A stretch of DNA of 64,000 nt from contig OX597816.1 of NCBI GenBank assembly GCA_951406725.2, positions 57,040,001-57,104,000 of the forward strand, given 5' to 3'. Positions 37,011-51,592 of this stretch are shown here, piece by piece. Numbering within the stretch: position 1 is the first letter of the stretch; every line of letters starts with the position of its first letter. Both the position numbers and the translations under genes were made by a program. The notes beneath the pieces are model-generated. The model saw only the letters and a list, made by a program, of their open reading frames with translations. It searched no databases and was not told where the DNA came from. The DNA comes from Octopus vulgaris. Taxonomy: Eukaryota.

Positions 37011-38077
37011 TTAACTTACTTTCCTTTGCTTCTTTTATTAGTTATCTCCCCCTTAATTTTTATTTACCTTTTTATGCTCATAAACTGAACAATTATCCTC
37101 AATATCCACTAAATAATCATATATATTACACAGTATTTTGTTTCGTGTCTTTCCGTGCAATTTCCGCACGCTTCACGCTTCAGCTTACCCGAAGACTCTT
37201 TGAACACCTATTTCCTATTCTTCTAAACATTTCTCCCCACCCAATAACATTATATACGGTTCCTAATTCTCAACCAGCTTGAAATAACCATATAATTATC
37301 GATACTTTGATCTTCCTTTGAAAGTTGAGCCTGTTTTATATTGATCTCCGGCCATCCTCTTAACTTTGATCTGAGATTCTCCTCTTAGATTGAGTTTTCT
37401 CATAACCGACTTGGTTAGTGATAGTCTAATGAAAAAAGCCTACTGGGTTTGTTATAAATATTTGTCGGTGATTGTTGATGTGTTTCTAATAAAGAAAAAA
37501 ATTTAGCTGGTAATAATAAAATAATAAATTTCAATACATTGTATTAAGGGAAATAAATTCATTGAAAACAATTACATGAAATTCTGAATAACTTAACTTT
37601 ATGACACGTTCTCTTTAAGAGGAGAACAAATTTTGCTTAGGATTTTTTCTCAAACTGAGACAGAAATTTCAATAAATTGAAAATCTGTTATGCTTTTAAT
37701 CCTTAACCATAATCCTTTACAGAGACTGGTGGGAAGCGGAAACTTGCTCCGATTGCTTTACAACTGATTAGATTCCTCTAAAGGCCCTCAAAATACCTTG
37801 TGGTGAGGTGAAACTGAGAAACAAAGTCTGTTGCCATTCAATTAGGTTGTGCCGAGATTTGAACTCAGAATGCAGAAGTTCATAAAAACAACTCGTGACT
37901 AATCAGTAGATCACCCCACTTCATTTACTGGATCGAATAATTCATGCATGATTTAGTCGTGAATTAATTGCAGGTAACCAATGGCAATTTTAACGCACCA
38001 TTTATGACCACCACTGCAAATTCCATGAATATAATCAGACTCTCTTCAGTTGCTGTTGGGATGCTGCTGCTGTTGCT

Positions 38078-38437
38078 GTTGAGCGAAGCGGTCTTCGTCC
38101 TCTTGGGAGAAGTCCGAAACGTGGTCTTTTGCTATTCGTAAGACCAGCAGAAGAGAAAGCTGGTCAACCCCCGACACCGAGAGCATCGACGGATGGATGA
38201 ATGCGCATCCAGGCTCAGCGGTTGCGTAGGAAGTCGGGGACAAGAAACAGGAAGAAAGAGTGAGAGAAAGTTGTAGCGAAAGTGTACAACAGGGCTCGCC
38301 ATCACCCCCTGCCGGGGCCTCGTGGAACTTTAGGTATTTTCGCTCAATAAACACACACAACGTCCGATCTGGGAATCGAAACCTCGATCCTCCGACCGCG
38401 AGTCAGCTGCCCTAACCATTGGGTCATTGCGCCTCCA
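38078..38437 (-). mobile_element. tRNA-derived SINE family C
   Basis: Head ggaggcgcaatgacccaatggttagggcag..., tail ...cttcgctcaacagcaacagc. Confidence 0.9.
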
Positions 38438-39174
38438 CTGCTGTTGGGATATACAAGTATACGAGTGAAGGCGCTCAGTTCTCGATCACTGCGTAGTGTC
38501 TCTTACTATAATTGGCTCAAGGTCTGTGAGTGAAATTGAACAAACAGAAACAGTGTGAAAGCCGTCGCCATTGTGTGGTGGGTGCAACGTGTCAATGAAA
38601 TGCTCAGCTATTCGCACGCTAATTCCATGAATATGTAATACTGTGTAATTATCATCGTCGAAATCGACAGAGATCCAGTTACTTTATACACTATATCTGT
38701 AGACATTAAAATCAACCCACACTCCTTGTTTAACATTGTTTAACATAACAATGCCTTGCAAGGACATGTCCGAGTAGAGCCATGTTCCTGGGTGTTCGCA
38801 TGATAACATGATACGTTGGCAGCAACGAAGACTATTGCTTCAACAAGGAGTGACTAGAAACAATGAAGTTAAAGAGATTCTGCGCGGTTAAGTCTTGCTG
38901 GATGCACCCACTTCTACATTACTAACATTTAGATTAAGAAAAGAAAATACAAGAGTGTCACTTTGGTTTATCGCATTACAATGTTGCATCTTTGACCTTT
39001 ACACGGAAGATAATGAGAACTGTGCACCGAGACACCAAGATGGAGAGGCAACTCTAAGACAAACCAGAATCTGTTTAGACTCGCAAACATTATTTAGTTT
39101 TTACTTCAGCATTCTTTGACTATAATTACGTGTTGTGTATTGCATTTTATTTTTGTTTTTTTTCTTTAGTTCGA

Positions 39175-39237
<63 letters not shown>

Positions 39238-39342
39238 GTTATTATTATTGTTGTTATTATTATTATATTATTATTATTATTATATTATTATTATTGTTAT
39301 TATTATTGTTATTATTATTATTATATTATTATATTATTATTA

Positions 39343-39373
<31 letters not shown>

Positions 39374-39423
39374 CATCATCATCATCATCATCATTATTAT
39401 TATCATTAATAATAATAATAATA
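39175..39423. repeat. (ATT)n microsatellite
   Basis: Directly visible. Confidence 0.95.
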
Positions 39424-39463
39424 ACGATATATGTGTGTATCTAATATATGTGTGTATCTAATA

Positions 39464-39496
<33 letters not shown>

Positions 39497-39814
39497 GTGT
39501 ATGTGTATATATATGTATGCGTATATGCCTATGTTTATACATGTATATAGAAATATATATATATATACACACCCTAAAACTTGATAGTTTTTCTCTACTA
39601 AATATATATATATACACATATTCAATTCAAATAAACAATCAATTAAAAAAATGAATAATAAAATTAACGGACAATAAGAGGACGTGCACAAGGAATGCAT
39701 TAGCTTGGCGCTCGGTGAAAAGAAAGAGAGTTTCCCGTTTTGAGCATAGCTCTTCGTCGGAAAGAAGAAAGGAAAAAAGTCCAAAGAAGGAAAACAAACA
39801 TCAACAGCACGTGA

Positions 39815-39854
<40 letters not shown>

Positions 39855-39860
39855 CCATAC

Positions 39861-39921
<61 letters not shown>

Positions 39922-39929
39922 TATATTGT

Positions 39930-39989
<60 letters not shown>

Positions 39990-40278
39990 TTTATACAGAT
40001 ACGTATACATGCATATGTATGTGTGTGTGTGCGTGTCTGTATGTATATGTGTGTGTAGGCACACATTGTCTCAATTATGTGTGAAATATCTGCCTTGAGT
40101 GTAGCTTTATTAACATCAGATTTTTTGTGAAGCTGAGAACATTTGGTAAGTATAAATCAATAAATAATAATAATATAGTTAAAAGAAAAAATAAATACAA
40201 TTATATACTCCCCCTCAATTATACACATACCCACACATATCCCCACACATATTTACAGGTACACAGGCACATACGCAG

Positions 40279-40321
<43 letters not shown>

Positions 40322-40980
40322 TACGCATGCATAGATGAATATGTATATATATCCAATGTAAGTATGGGTAAATGAAAAATTTGCAAACTGGTTCATTAAC
40401 CTGTCGTAATGTCGTATCAAATCGAGTTGTAAATATGGTACCCGCATTGAGTCAGTTGCTTGAACTATTGTTAATCAGTGCATGTGAGTAACAAAGACGG
40501 GGGTGTCTTTTCATTTTAGTTATCTCGCTCTTCCTCCGTCTAACCGTCACTGTGAGGAATTTATTTAAGATGATATAAAATGAATAGAAGCCCAGTACCC
40601 TGTGTATTAGAAGATCAATCAACAGCAACAGTAAAGTAAATCCTTAGGTTCAAAAGTCAATAATAATATAAAGAAACTAAGCTCACAAAGAATAGATTGT
40701 CTATTGATCTGACGTCCTTAAAATTGATGGTAGCTAAAGAATGAAACGAACGAAGCAGAAGGAAAAAGAGAAAGAAAAAAAAGAAGAAAACAACTGGAAG
40801 AAATTTTATGGTGTTTAAAAAACCTGGCAGTAAAATTCCAGGCCTTGTGCCTATATAAGAAAGGACTATTCATATATTTCTGTTCCGTGCTGTAGTTATC
40901 GGTCCCCGTCTTGAGAGTTCCGTAAAAGCTCAGAGTTCCCATAGGAACGGCCGCTGTGATTAGACCCTTTGCCCCTTTTT

Positions 40981-41143
40981 ACAATACAGCATGGGACGTG
41001 AGAGATAGAGTGGTGAGGAACCTTCCCCATTACTTAACCATTCATTTATAAACCCCGGATTTCTTACAACACAGCATGGGACGTGAGAGAGAGAGTGGTG
41101 AGGAACCTCCCCCATAACTTAACCATTCATTTATAAACCCCGG
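40981..41143. repeat. Tandem duplication, ~85-bp period
   Basis: acagcatgggacgtgagaga...tttataaaccccgga occurs twice. Confidence 0.9.
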
Positions 41144-41247
41144 AAGCAGGTAAAATAAAGCTGACTTCGACGAGATTGCAACTCATAGATGTTAGCACAA
41201 TAATTTCATATACTGCGAAGCGTATTATTCGACGCTCTCTTGATTCC

Positions 41248-41618
41248 TATTTCTTTACTACCCACAAGGGGCTAAACACAGAGAGGACAAACAAGAACAG
41301 ACAAACGGATTAAGTCGTTTATATCGGCCCCAGTGCATAACTGGTACTTAATTTATCGACCCCGAAAGGATGAAAAGCAAAGTTGACCTCAGAACTCAAA
41401 ATTGTCTATAATTCGAATTTTGGCACAAGGATTGAAATTTGTGGGGTTGGTGTAAGTCGATTACATCGACCCCAGTGTTCAATTGATATTTATTTCGTCG
41501 AACCCGAAAGGATGAAAGGCAAAGTCGACCTCGGCGGAATTTGAACTCAGAACGTAACGGCAGACGAAATACGGCTACGCATTTCGCCCGGCATGCTAAT
41601 GTTTCTGCCAGCTCGCCG
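41248..41618 (-). mobile_element. SINE family B, compound copies
   Basis: Two bodies plus head ctgccagctcgccgc. Confidence 0.85.
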
Positions 41619-42171
41619 CTCTCTTGATTCCGTCAATTCGCCATCTCCCAAGCAACATCGTCCCCTTCATCTCCACCGCCATCACCACCATATCAACTGA
41701 AATAAACAGCGTTGATTTCTTAATTAAGAGAAATAAAATTCACAACAGCCAATGAAGATGTCAACGACCAACAAAAGAAAGACATGAGGCATCTTAGGCA
41801 CCAACGTCGTTCAAATGATTGGCGTGGTCGGTGGGAGCATAGGGAGATGTGCTACGCAAAAGAAGGAAACCATAAAAGATATTATAAACGAGAGTTTCTA
41901 TTTGGAGTGTAGTTTGAGAAATCTCTGGGGAAATTTTAGTTTTCTGTGAAGAGAGTTTGGTATTGGAATCATTACGACATTAGACAAATGTATTTTACTC
42001 ATTCATATCAATGGTTGACAGCTGCCGGCATGGCGGTGGGGGACTTGTCATATATATTATGAGCTCAACTATATCCACTGTGTATGTTGTTATATATGTA
42101 CGGATGAATGTATGAATATACGGATCTATTTATATATGTGTGTGTGTGTATGTGTGTAGGAAAATCCGTAC

Positions 42172-42224
<53 letters not shown>

Positions 42225-42303
42225 CACAATTTAACAAATAAAACATATGCATACATACATACATACATATATGTACATACCTACATCTATATGTATATAT
42301 ACA

Positions 42304-42374
<71 letters not shown>

Positions 42375-42537
42375 CACAAATAAACGTAGAACACAACGAG
42401 AAACGAAAACATAAAAACAAACAAGGAAACGGACTTTTTTTAACAACGAAAAAACAGAGTACAAGACAAACAATACAAGGGATATTCCCCTTCATCAGCT
42501 GCCCCTGTTTCGACTCAATGCGTGTTTCGAAGTTAAG

Positions 42538-42586
<49 letters not shown>

Positions 42587-43773
42587 GTATATATCACCCA
42601 TCACCCCCATTCCTTCTATCTGGCACACCTTTACTCTTTACCCTATCATCTTTTTACACTCCCATATCTTTCTCTCTCTATCACCCTCACCTCCCCATTC
42701 CTACTATCAATTTTTCTTGACTGACCACTAACCAGTACACTCTCCCTCTCTTCGTCTCTTTATTATCTCTCTTCCCGCTTTTCACTTTATTCTCTTCCTC
42801 TTTTCGATTCGACCTTACAAATACCTTCCCAACTTTTAAGTCACTTAAAATAAAGCCCTCGATTCAATAACACTATTGATACTTTTATTACATGAGTATT
42901 TTTATTGGTTGATTTTTCATAAATAGGAAAATATCTTTCTTCTCCATTAACGGAACTTGCTGCCTCTCATTCTAAGTACCGTTTTCACTGGCATAAAATA
43001 CACACGACCACATTAGACGCATCCCAGTTTCAGCAGCGCATATTCAAGCAAAGAAGCTTTTAGTTCATTAAATCACGTAATATAAGCCCCAACTTCACGT
43101 ATAGGATCCGGGGGTGATAATCTGAGGCATTTTCTGATGGGGGGGGGGGGGAGTGCGTCGTATATGGCACCAAAAACGATAATTAAAATGCTTTATATTC
43201 CGCCCCCTTCCATCGCCTGAATGCAACTGATTGTGTTATCTTAAGTTTACTGAAGAATAGATACAGGCCTTCAATGAATTCAGAAGTTCACAAGAATAAT
43301 TTCTTTCGAAAATTCCAAGACCTACAAAATCTGGCGCCAATTTCTTGTCTTACCATGGCATATGTATCTGTAATTCACATGCTGTTTACCATTCGGTGGT
43401 GCCCGCCCACTACTTTACTGCTAACATTTTCTCTAAACAGGCACTTCTTTCCAATTTATCCAAAGAAACTGACTAGTCTTTTTTACATGGTTTTCTTTTG
43501 CCATTTTATTTTTATGTTTTTAACAGACAAAGGCTTAAGGGATATTATACGTTACATGAAAAGGGGAATAACAGTCGCCATATGCCGACGTTTTGTGTGC
43601 ATGTATGTAAGTAGGCATGTATGTATGTATATATGAATGTAATGAACGCTTGTATGTATATATGCATGTACGTATTTATGATGCGTGCATGTTTGTGTGT
43701 GTGTATGTGTGTGTACGTATGCACAGCGAATATGCATCTATATTATCCATATTCATATACATCTGTGTGTATC

Positions 43774-43820
<47 letters not shown>

Positions 43821-43831
43821 CTGTGTGTGTG

Positions 43832-45127
43832 TTGGGTCATCCCATAAATAATGCGGGTTTTTTCAATTGCATGAACTAAAAGTCGAAGGGGAACGGAATA
43901 AACCACCTGCATCAACTTGCTATTATAAAACCAGATAGTAATTTCACCTTGTACTTATTCTTAGTGCAAATTTTGAAGAGTGCAGTTCGATTTTAACAGT
44001 TATTTTTTCAAAGCTATGATGGAAGTGACAAAGTAACATATTCAGCATATTTTGCTTTATGAGTTCAATAAAGGTAACACCGCAACGGAAAGTGCGAGGA
44101 ATATTAATGCAGTATATGGGGATCGGACAATAAGTGTAATCCAATGTCAATGGTGGTTTCAGAAATTCCTAGGTGAAAACTACAGCCTAGAAGAGCCTCG
44201 TCCTTGAAGATCTGTAGAGCACGACGAGGACGTCCTGCAAACCCTGGTGGAACAAAACCCCATCGTAACTGTCGAGGAACTAGCAGATAAGCTTGGATTT
44301 GGTCATTCAATCATTCATTGACACCCGCATGCCATCGAAAAAGCCAGCAAATTGGGTCAATGGGTTCTTCACAAACGTTCCCAATCTAATCGCGCGCAGA
44401 GAGCGAATGTGTTTTTCTTTGCTGTTACGTCTCACGAGTGAACCTTTTTTGGGCCGAATGGTAACTGGTGACGAGAAATGGGGTTCTCTATAAAAATGTC
44501 AAGTGCCGAAGACAGTAGGAAGGGAAAGGAGGAACACAGGCAGCCCAGGCTAAAGATAGTCTTCACCCACGTAATTTGATTTTATCTGTTTTGTAGGATA
44601 TGAAAGGTTTAGTCCACTTTGAACATTTAAACTCAAACCAAACAATAACATAGGAGATCTACTGCGAGCAGCTTGGGAGGCGTAAGTCAGCGCTAGAAGA
44701 AAACCGACCACATTTGGTTTCAAGACAAAAAGTGTTCTTCCATCAGGATAATACTCGGCCGCATACAACGTGGATGACATTTCAAGGGCTGGAACAGTTT
44801 GAATGGGAAACGATGAACCAACCACCGTATTCGCCGGCCATTGCTCCTTCTGATTATCATTTATTCTGCAGTCTTCAAAATCATTCGGACGGAAAAAATG
44901 TGAATTCTGTAGACGAGGTCAGAACAGTACAGCAGGAGTATGTTAGTATTTTTCGTCACGGACAAGTGAATTTTGAAAGAGAAACCTTGCAAGTCTACCA
45001 GATTGATGGAAGAGCATTGTAGGAAATGAAAGAGAGTATATTTTAGATTAGAAATGAACTTTGCTTATCTAAATTTTGAAAAATAAAAGAAGTATTAAAA
45101 AAACGCACTATTTATGGGATTACCCAA
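43832..45127 (+). mobile_element. Full-length degenerate mariner transposon (~1.3 kb)
   Basis: TIRs ttgggtcatcccataaataatgcg / cgcactatttatgggattacccaa-TA; remnants VTGDEKW, FHQDNTRPH, QPPYSPAIAPSDYHLF; frameshifts and stops. Confidence 0.93.
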
Positions 45128-45145
45128 TACATATATATGTAATAG

Positions 45146-45208
<63 letters not shown>

Positions 45209-45353
45209 TAATAAAGTAGGATGTCTACAGTTACTCTGTCAAACCTATCTATTGCTCTCATGGTGTCATATGCTTTCTAAACTGCGCCGGTGCATATGCT
45301 TTTACTCATCATCCGTTTATACATTTTGTATAATTTCTCCATTATATATATAT

Positions 45354-45414
<61 letters not shown>

Positions 45415-45417
45415 AGG

Positions 45418-45509
<92 letters not shown>

Positions 45510-45540
45510 CCATTCATTTTGCTTCTGTTTCCTTTATACA

Positions 45541-45589
<49 letters not shown>

Positions 45590-45654
45590 GGTGTATACAT
45601 GTATGTGTGTGTGTGCATCTATCTGTCTTCCTCCTCTCCCTGCCTCTCTCCCTG

Positions 45655-45746
<92 letters not shown>

Positions 45747-46119
45747 CATACATACATATCCTAAAGTGTTTCATGTTTACAGAGTTACTCTGTCAAACCT
45801 ATCCATTGCTCTCATGCTGTCATATGCTTTCTAAACTGACAAGTTCAGTCAGATCAATGAATGTTAGTTTGCTGTTTTTAATATGTAATCTGCCTTCTCG
45901 AATAAATTTCAACAAAGATAAGCCCGATCCAATGGAGATAATCATAACCAGCTGCTTTCATATTCAACTTCATTTAGTCTATTAATATTTTACTGGTTTA
46001 CGTATTTTGGCCATGCACGAGGACCATACTGGAGGGTTTCGGTAGATGGAGCCACGTTTTATGAGTTTCTTAATTATGCGTTCGTCTGTTTTGATTTGTA
46101 GAATATATTTTGTGTTTTA

Positions 46120-46490
46120 GGGAGACGAGCTGGCAGAATCGTTAGCACGCCGGGCGAAATGCTTAGCTGTATTTCGTTTGCCGCTACGTTCTGAGTTCAA
46201 ATTCCGCCGGGGTCGACTTTGCCTTTCATCCTTTCAGGGTCGATTAAATAAGGACCAGTTATGCACTGGGGTCGATATAATCGACTTAATCCGTTTGTCT
46301 GTCCTTCTTTGTCCCCTCTGTGTTTAGCCCCTTGTGGGTAGTAAAGAAATAGGTATTTCGTCTTCCGCTACGTTCTGAGTTCAAATTCCGCCGAGGTCGA
46401 CTTTGCCTTTCATCCTTTCGAGGTTGATTAAATAAGTACCAGTTACGCACTGGGGTCGATATAATCGACTTAATCCGTTTGTCTGTCTTT
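46120..46490 (+). mobile_element. SINE family B with partial tandem body (184-bp period)
   Basis: gtatttcgt...ttaatccgtttgtctgtc repeated from 46169 and 46353. Confidence 0.88.
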
Positions 46491-46779
46491 GTATGTCTCT
46501 TGTGTCCCTGGGACGTGTAAATTAATTGAATATATGTCTTTTCAGTATATTCGAAGTCATTGTCAACAACATTCTTGGAGTAGTCCAGGATATACCCATG
46601 GATATAAATCAGGTAAGCCAACTGTAACCTCGGATATAGTTTGACAGATGGATTAATGTGGATTGCTACATGGGATGGCCACATCCGGAACGATACTTCT
46701 GATAGGTTTGCTCTGTCATGAATGACCTTAGTTAACTGCAACAACACTAGTTACCGATTGTAGACATAAATTTGATCTG

Positions 46780-46829
<50 letters not shown>

Positions 46830-46839
46830 ATATGTGTGT

Positions 46840-46870
<31 letters not shown>

Positions 46871-46996
46871 GCCTGTTGCTGCGGAGCTTCCCTCGAATAC
46901 GTAGATTCAAGTTTATACACAACACTAACGAATATATCTCTTCATGTGTGTGAGCGTGCGTGTGTGTGTATATAAGAAAGAAAAGAAAGAAATGGT

Positions 46997-47034
<38 letters not shown>

Positions 47035-47339
47035 TGTGTCTGTGTGTCTGTGTGTGTATTCCACATGGTAGTAATTTTTTTATGAAATAGAATTATAGCT
47101 ATTTGTAAAATAATGAAACTCGTTAAAATACACCCTCCATGCATCCAATTAATAAACTGTGCCTCCATACATTTATTTAAGAAACTGTCCTTCCATACAT
47201 CTGATAAAAAAAACCAAGCCTCCATGAATCTGTTTGAGAAACTCTGCCTTCCATTTATGTACACAAAAAGCTTCTTTGCCACATATCACTTCTATTTTTT
47301 TCTCTCCCTCTCTCTTTCTCTATTTAGAAAACGATAATT

Positions 47340-47406
<67 letters not shown>

Positions 47407-47995
47407 CTATCTATCCTTCCACATCCGTGTTTAAATCATTCTGTTACAATTACACGATTCACTTTTGAAGTTACTGTAAAGAATCTCCATAAAGCAGTTT
47501 CAGTAAAGAAGGTAGATGTATTCTTGTAAGGCTTAACTAGCCTTAATCCCATTCTTAATCCTTTAGTCTTTCACCATTATTCACAGCTTTCTTGCATTTT
47601 TTTGCTTTTCAATGTGAACCTCTTTTTTTTTCGTTTGTTTTTGTTTTCTTTTTTTTTTCAACATGAAATTATTTTTAAAGAAAATTTTTCTCTTTATTTT
47701 ATTACTTTTGCTGCTGGCGTTGTGATTGTTGCTGTCACTGTTGCCTTAGTGATAGCGGTGGTGGTGGTTGTGGTGGGTGTGGTGGTAGCGGCGGCGGTGG
47801 TGGTGGTGGTGGTGGTTGAATTGGTGGTGGTGGTGGTGGCGGCGGCGGTGGCGGTGATTTAGGTGGGGGTGAAACCAGTGTCGTTGGGATGATAGTGATG
47901 GTGGTGGTGCAGCTGCTGCTGCTGCTGCTGCTGGTGGTGCTGGGTGGTGGTGGTGGTAGTGGTGTGGTGGTGGTGCTGCTGCTGCTGTTGCTGTT

Positions 47996-48351
47996 GATGT
48001 CGTGCGAAACGGTCTTCGTGGGAGAAGTCCGAATCGTGGTCCTTTGCTATTCGTAAGACCCGCAGAAGAGAAAGTAGGTCAACCCCCAACACTGAGAGCA
48101 TCGACGGATGGATGAATGCGCATCCAGGTTCAGCGGTTGCGTAGGAAGTCAGGGACAAGAAACAGGAAGAAAGAGTGAGAGAAAGTTGGGGCGAAAGAGT
48201 ACAACAGGGGTCGCCACCACCTCCTGCCGGAGCCTCGTGGAGCTTTAGGTGTTTTCGCTCAATAAACATACACAATGCCCGGTCTGGGAATCGAAACCGC
48301 GATCCTCCGACCGCGAGTCCGCTGCCCTAACCATTGGGCCATTGCGCCTCC
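47996..48351 (-). mobile_element. tRNA-derived SINE family C within (GCT/GGT)n
   Basis: Homologous to 38078-38437. Confidence 0.9.
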
Positions 48352-49300
48352 GCTGCTGCTGCTGCTGCTGTGGTGGTGGTGGTGTTGGTGGTGCTGCTGC
48401 TCGTGGTGGTGATACGGCTGTGCTGCTGCTACTGCTGCTGCAGCTGTTGATCGCCGTAGAAGTAGTGGCAGCGGTATTGGTGGTGGTGGTGGTGGTTTGA
48501 GGAGGAGGAGGAAGAAGAGGAGGAGCTGGTATTAGTGTCGGTAGTGGTGTTGCTGCCGATGTGGATGGTAATGGTAGTGGTTGAAGACTTGAATTCACTG
48601 GAGACTACTAAACAATTACTAAACAATAACTCCTTGCTGAAGCTAAGGGGCTTTGTCCCTTTAAGGTTTCTCTTAGTGTCTACCCATGGCATATTAAGGA
48701 CAGAATGAGAATGGCTGAGGTACAGAAATAACAGTTACAGTGCTCCATCACCTCGATGCGTAGTGATTTTATGAAGGGCATGAGTGACGATGAATTTGGG
48801 GTATTCTGGCTGTTGACAATGGGTTTCCAGGCCGATGAATGTCATCCGAATGTCCCCTTCTTTCCAATGGCTCCTCTTTTTAATATCCTTAATCTACCCA
48901 CTTTCTAATAACTCCTTTCTCTGATGTCTCCTATTTTTCTCTACTTATTCATGTTCCGTATTTCTCATATTCTTTTCTGTCTAAAGTCCCTACTTTTTAC
49001 TGCCGCCTTTGTTTTAATGTCCCTTCTTCTTCATGTCCCCTATTATTTAATGCCCCTAATTTCTAGTGTCTCCTACTTTTAACGACCCTTTCTTTCTAAA
49101 TTCCCTTTCTTAGGTATTCTTGTGATAAACAGTCAAACAATGATTTTTATAAGAAATCTCTGGATGAAAGAATCGGTAAAACACAAAAACACAATAACAA
49201 ATGAGCTACTTCCGACTCTTCACGTTCTGACTTTTTACAAGCGTCGGTAAAATAAATACCAGTTATGTACTGGTGTCAATATAATCTAGTATATGCTCTC

Positions 49301-49374
<74 letters not shown>

Positions 49375-49449
49375 ATGTTTTAATACCGACTTATGCTCGT
49401 GAAAGCCCGTCCAGCCAGTAATGGAGTGAACATGTGTATACTCAAAAAT

Positions 49450-49640
49450 AAGGCGGCGAGCTGGCAGAAACGTTAGCACACCGGGTGAAATGCTTAGCGG
49501 TATTTCGTCAGTCTTTACGTTCTGGGTTCAAATTCCGCCGAGGTTGACTTTGCCTTTCATGATCGATAAATTAAGAGGTTGCGTACTGGGATAGATCTAA
49601 TCGACTACCCCCAGCACTACCACTCTCCCTAAATTTTGGG
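49450..49640 (+). mobile_element. SINE family B
   Basis: aaggcggcgagctggcagaaacgttagcac head. Confidence 0.85.
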
Positions 49641-49661
49641 GCTCAAAAATACACGCTGATT

Positions 49662-49764
49662 AAAACAACCCCAAAATCCGTGTGCAAAACAACCCCAAAA
49701 TCCGTGTGCAAAACAACCCGAAAATCCGTGTGCAAAACAACCCCAAAATCCGTGTGCAAAACAA
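49662..49764. repeat. 24-bp minisatellite, ~4.3 copies
   Basis: aaaacaaccccaaaatccgtgtgc head-to-tail with no spacers. Confidence 0.95.
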
Positions 49765-49886
49765 AGCGGTATGCAAATTAGAATAATTATTATTTATACA
49801 AATACATTTACTAAACAAGGCAAAAGTCACCAAACTCAGTCCGATACCAAGTCAGAACAGAACTGAATTAAAAAAATATAGCACAA

Positions 49887-49933
<47 letters not shown>

Positions 49934-50091
49934 TAATCTACTCTCATATTTCTAATCTGCCAAATTTAGAAATTCTCTTCCGTAAATATTCGTTTCTGAC
50001 AATTGAACACACCTTTTCTTTTCTGTTCCATTTATGAAGATTATTCTTCATCTATGTTGATGTCGTTGCTGCTTTGTTTGTTTGTTTGTTT

Positions 50092-50445
50092 GTTGAGCGA
50101 AGTGGTCTTCGTCCCAGAAGTCCGAAATGTGGTCCTTTGCTATTCGTAAGACCCGCAGAAGAGAAAGCTAGTCAACCCCCGACACCGAGAGCATCGACGG
50201 ATGGATGAATGCGCATCCAGGTTCAACGGTTGCGTAGGAAGTCGAGGACAAGAAACGGAAAAAAAGAGTGAGAGAAAGTTGGGGCGAAAGAGTACAACAG
50301 GGGTCGCCACCACCCCCTGCCGGAGCCTCGAAGAGCTTTAGGTGTTTTCGCTCAATAAACACACACAACGCCTGGTCTGGGAATCGAAACCGCGATCCTC
50401 CGACCGCGAGTCCGCTGCCCTAACCATTGGACCATTGTATCTCCA
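50092..50445 (-). mobile_element. tRNA-derived SINE family C with (AAAC)n tail
   Basis: Homologous to 47996-48351. Confidence 0.9.
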
Positions 50446-51022
50446 CTTGTTGTTGCTGCTACTTCCGTTGTTGTTGGTGTTGTTGCTGATGATGTTTAGC
50501 CCTAGGTCAGTCCTGATCCAATGGAAATTACCTCTGATCAATAGCATCGAATTATGACCATCCCTGTTTTGGTTATGTGTTCTTTCTTTTTTTTTTGTTT
50601 ATTTTTCGAAGTAGATTTTGCAGAATGTTCTTTTTTAAGACTTGAGTGTTTATAATTGGAAGGGTGTCTGGCTGCTATGCCTTGCAAGCCGTGTGTCTAC
50701 CTATAGACTCCCTTGTCCCGTCCATAAAAAGACGCTGTTCTTGTTAGTAACCCTTGTTGTTGTTGTTGTTGTTGTTGTAGTATCTGGTGTAATTGCGGAC
50801 ACTTTTTCCACGATCCCAACTTGGATAAATATCACATTGTACATTGTGTACCTTATCAAAACAAATCCAGGGCTGAATAAGATGGGGCGGGAGGGGTGCG
50901 AGATTTACACTGAAGCTGTGGGGCGGGGGGTTCTTCTTTTCTCTGTACACGGCTAAGCTCTACAAATAGGGCCTTTGCTCTGTGTATGCTTTGTATGTTT
51001 ATATGTGTGTTTTGGCGCGTAC

Positions 51023-51086
<64 letters not shown>

Positions 51087-51434
51087 ATGTGTGTGTGTGT
51101 ATATATGTGTGTGTGTGTGTGTGTGTTACATTTCAAATGCGTGCCCGCATGTATATGCTTGAATTAAAATAATAGAGGTCTTTTCACGTCTGCATTGCTT
51201 GAACATACAGCTGGATATATTTATCTATTTACTTATCCATATAGCTTTATATTACGCCTATCTATCTATCTTCATATAGTTATACATGTGCGTGTGTGTA
51301 TATAGGTAGAAAGAGAGGAGAGGAGAGAGAGGGGGAGAGGATAGGTGAGAGGAGGGAGGAAGAAAGGAGAGAGGGAGGGAGAAACATCATACCTACATGT
51401 ACATACATATGTACACAATAGATAGATAGATAGG

Positions 51435-51509
<75 letters not shown>

Positions 51510-51514
51510 GTAGG

Positions 51515-51590
<76 letters not shown>

Positions 51591-51592
<2 letters not shown>

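Noticed and set aside
42481-42540. Permuted hammerhead on the minus strand (GAAAC...GTC...CTGATGA agggg); similar ctgatgaag at 61139
   Set aside because: Core words are present but convincing helices I and II could not be built by eye.
49662-49764. 24-bp repeats as a CRISPR array
   Set aside because: No spacers, eukaryotic context, no cas genes.
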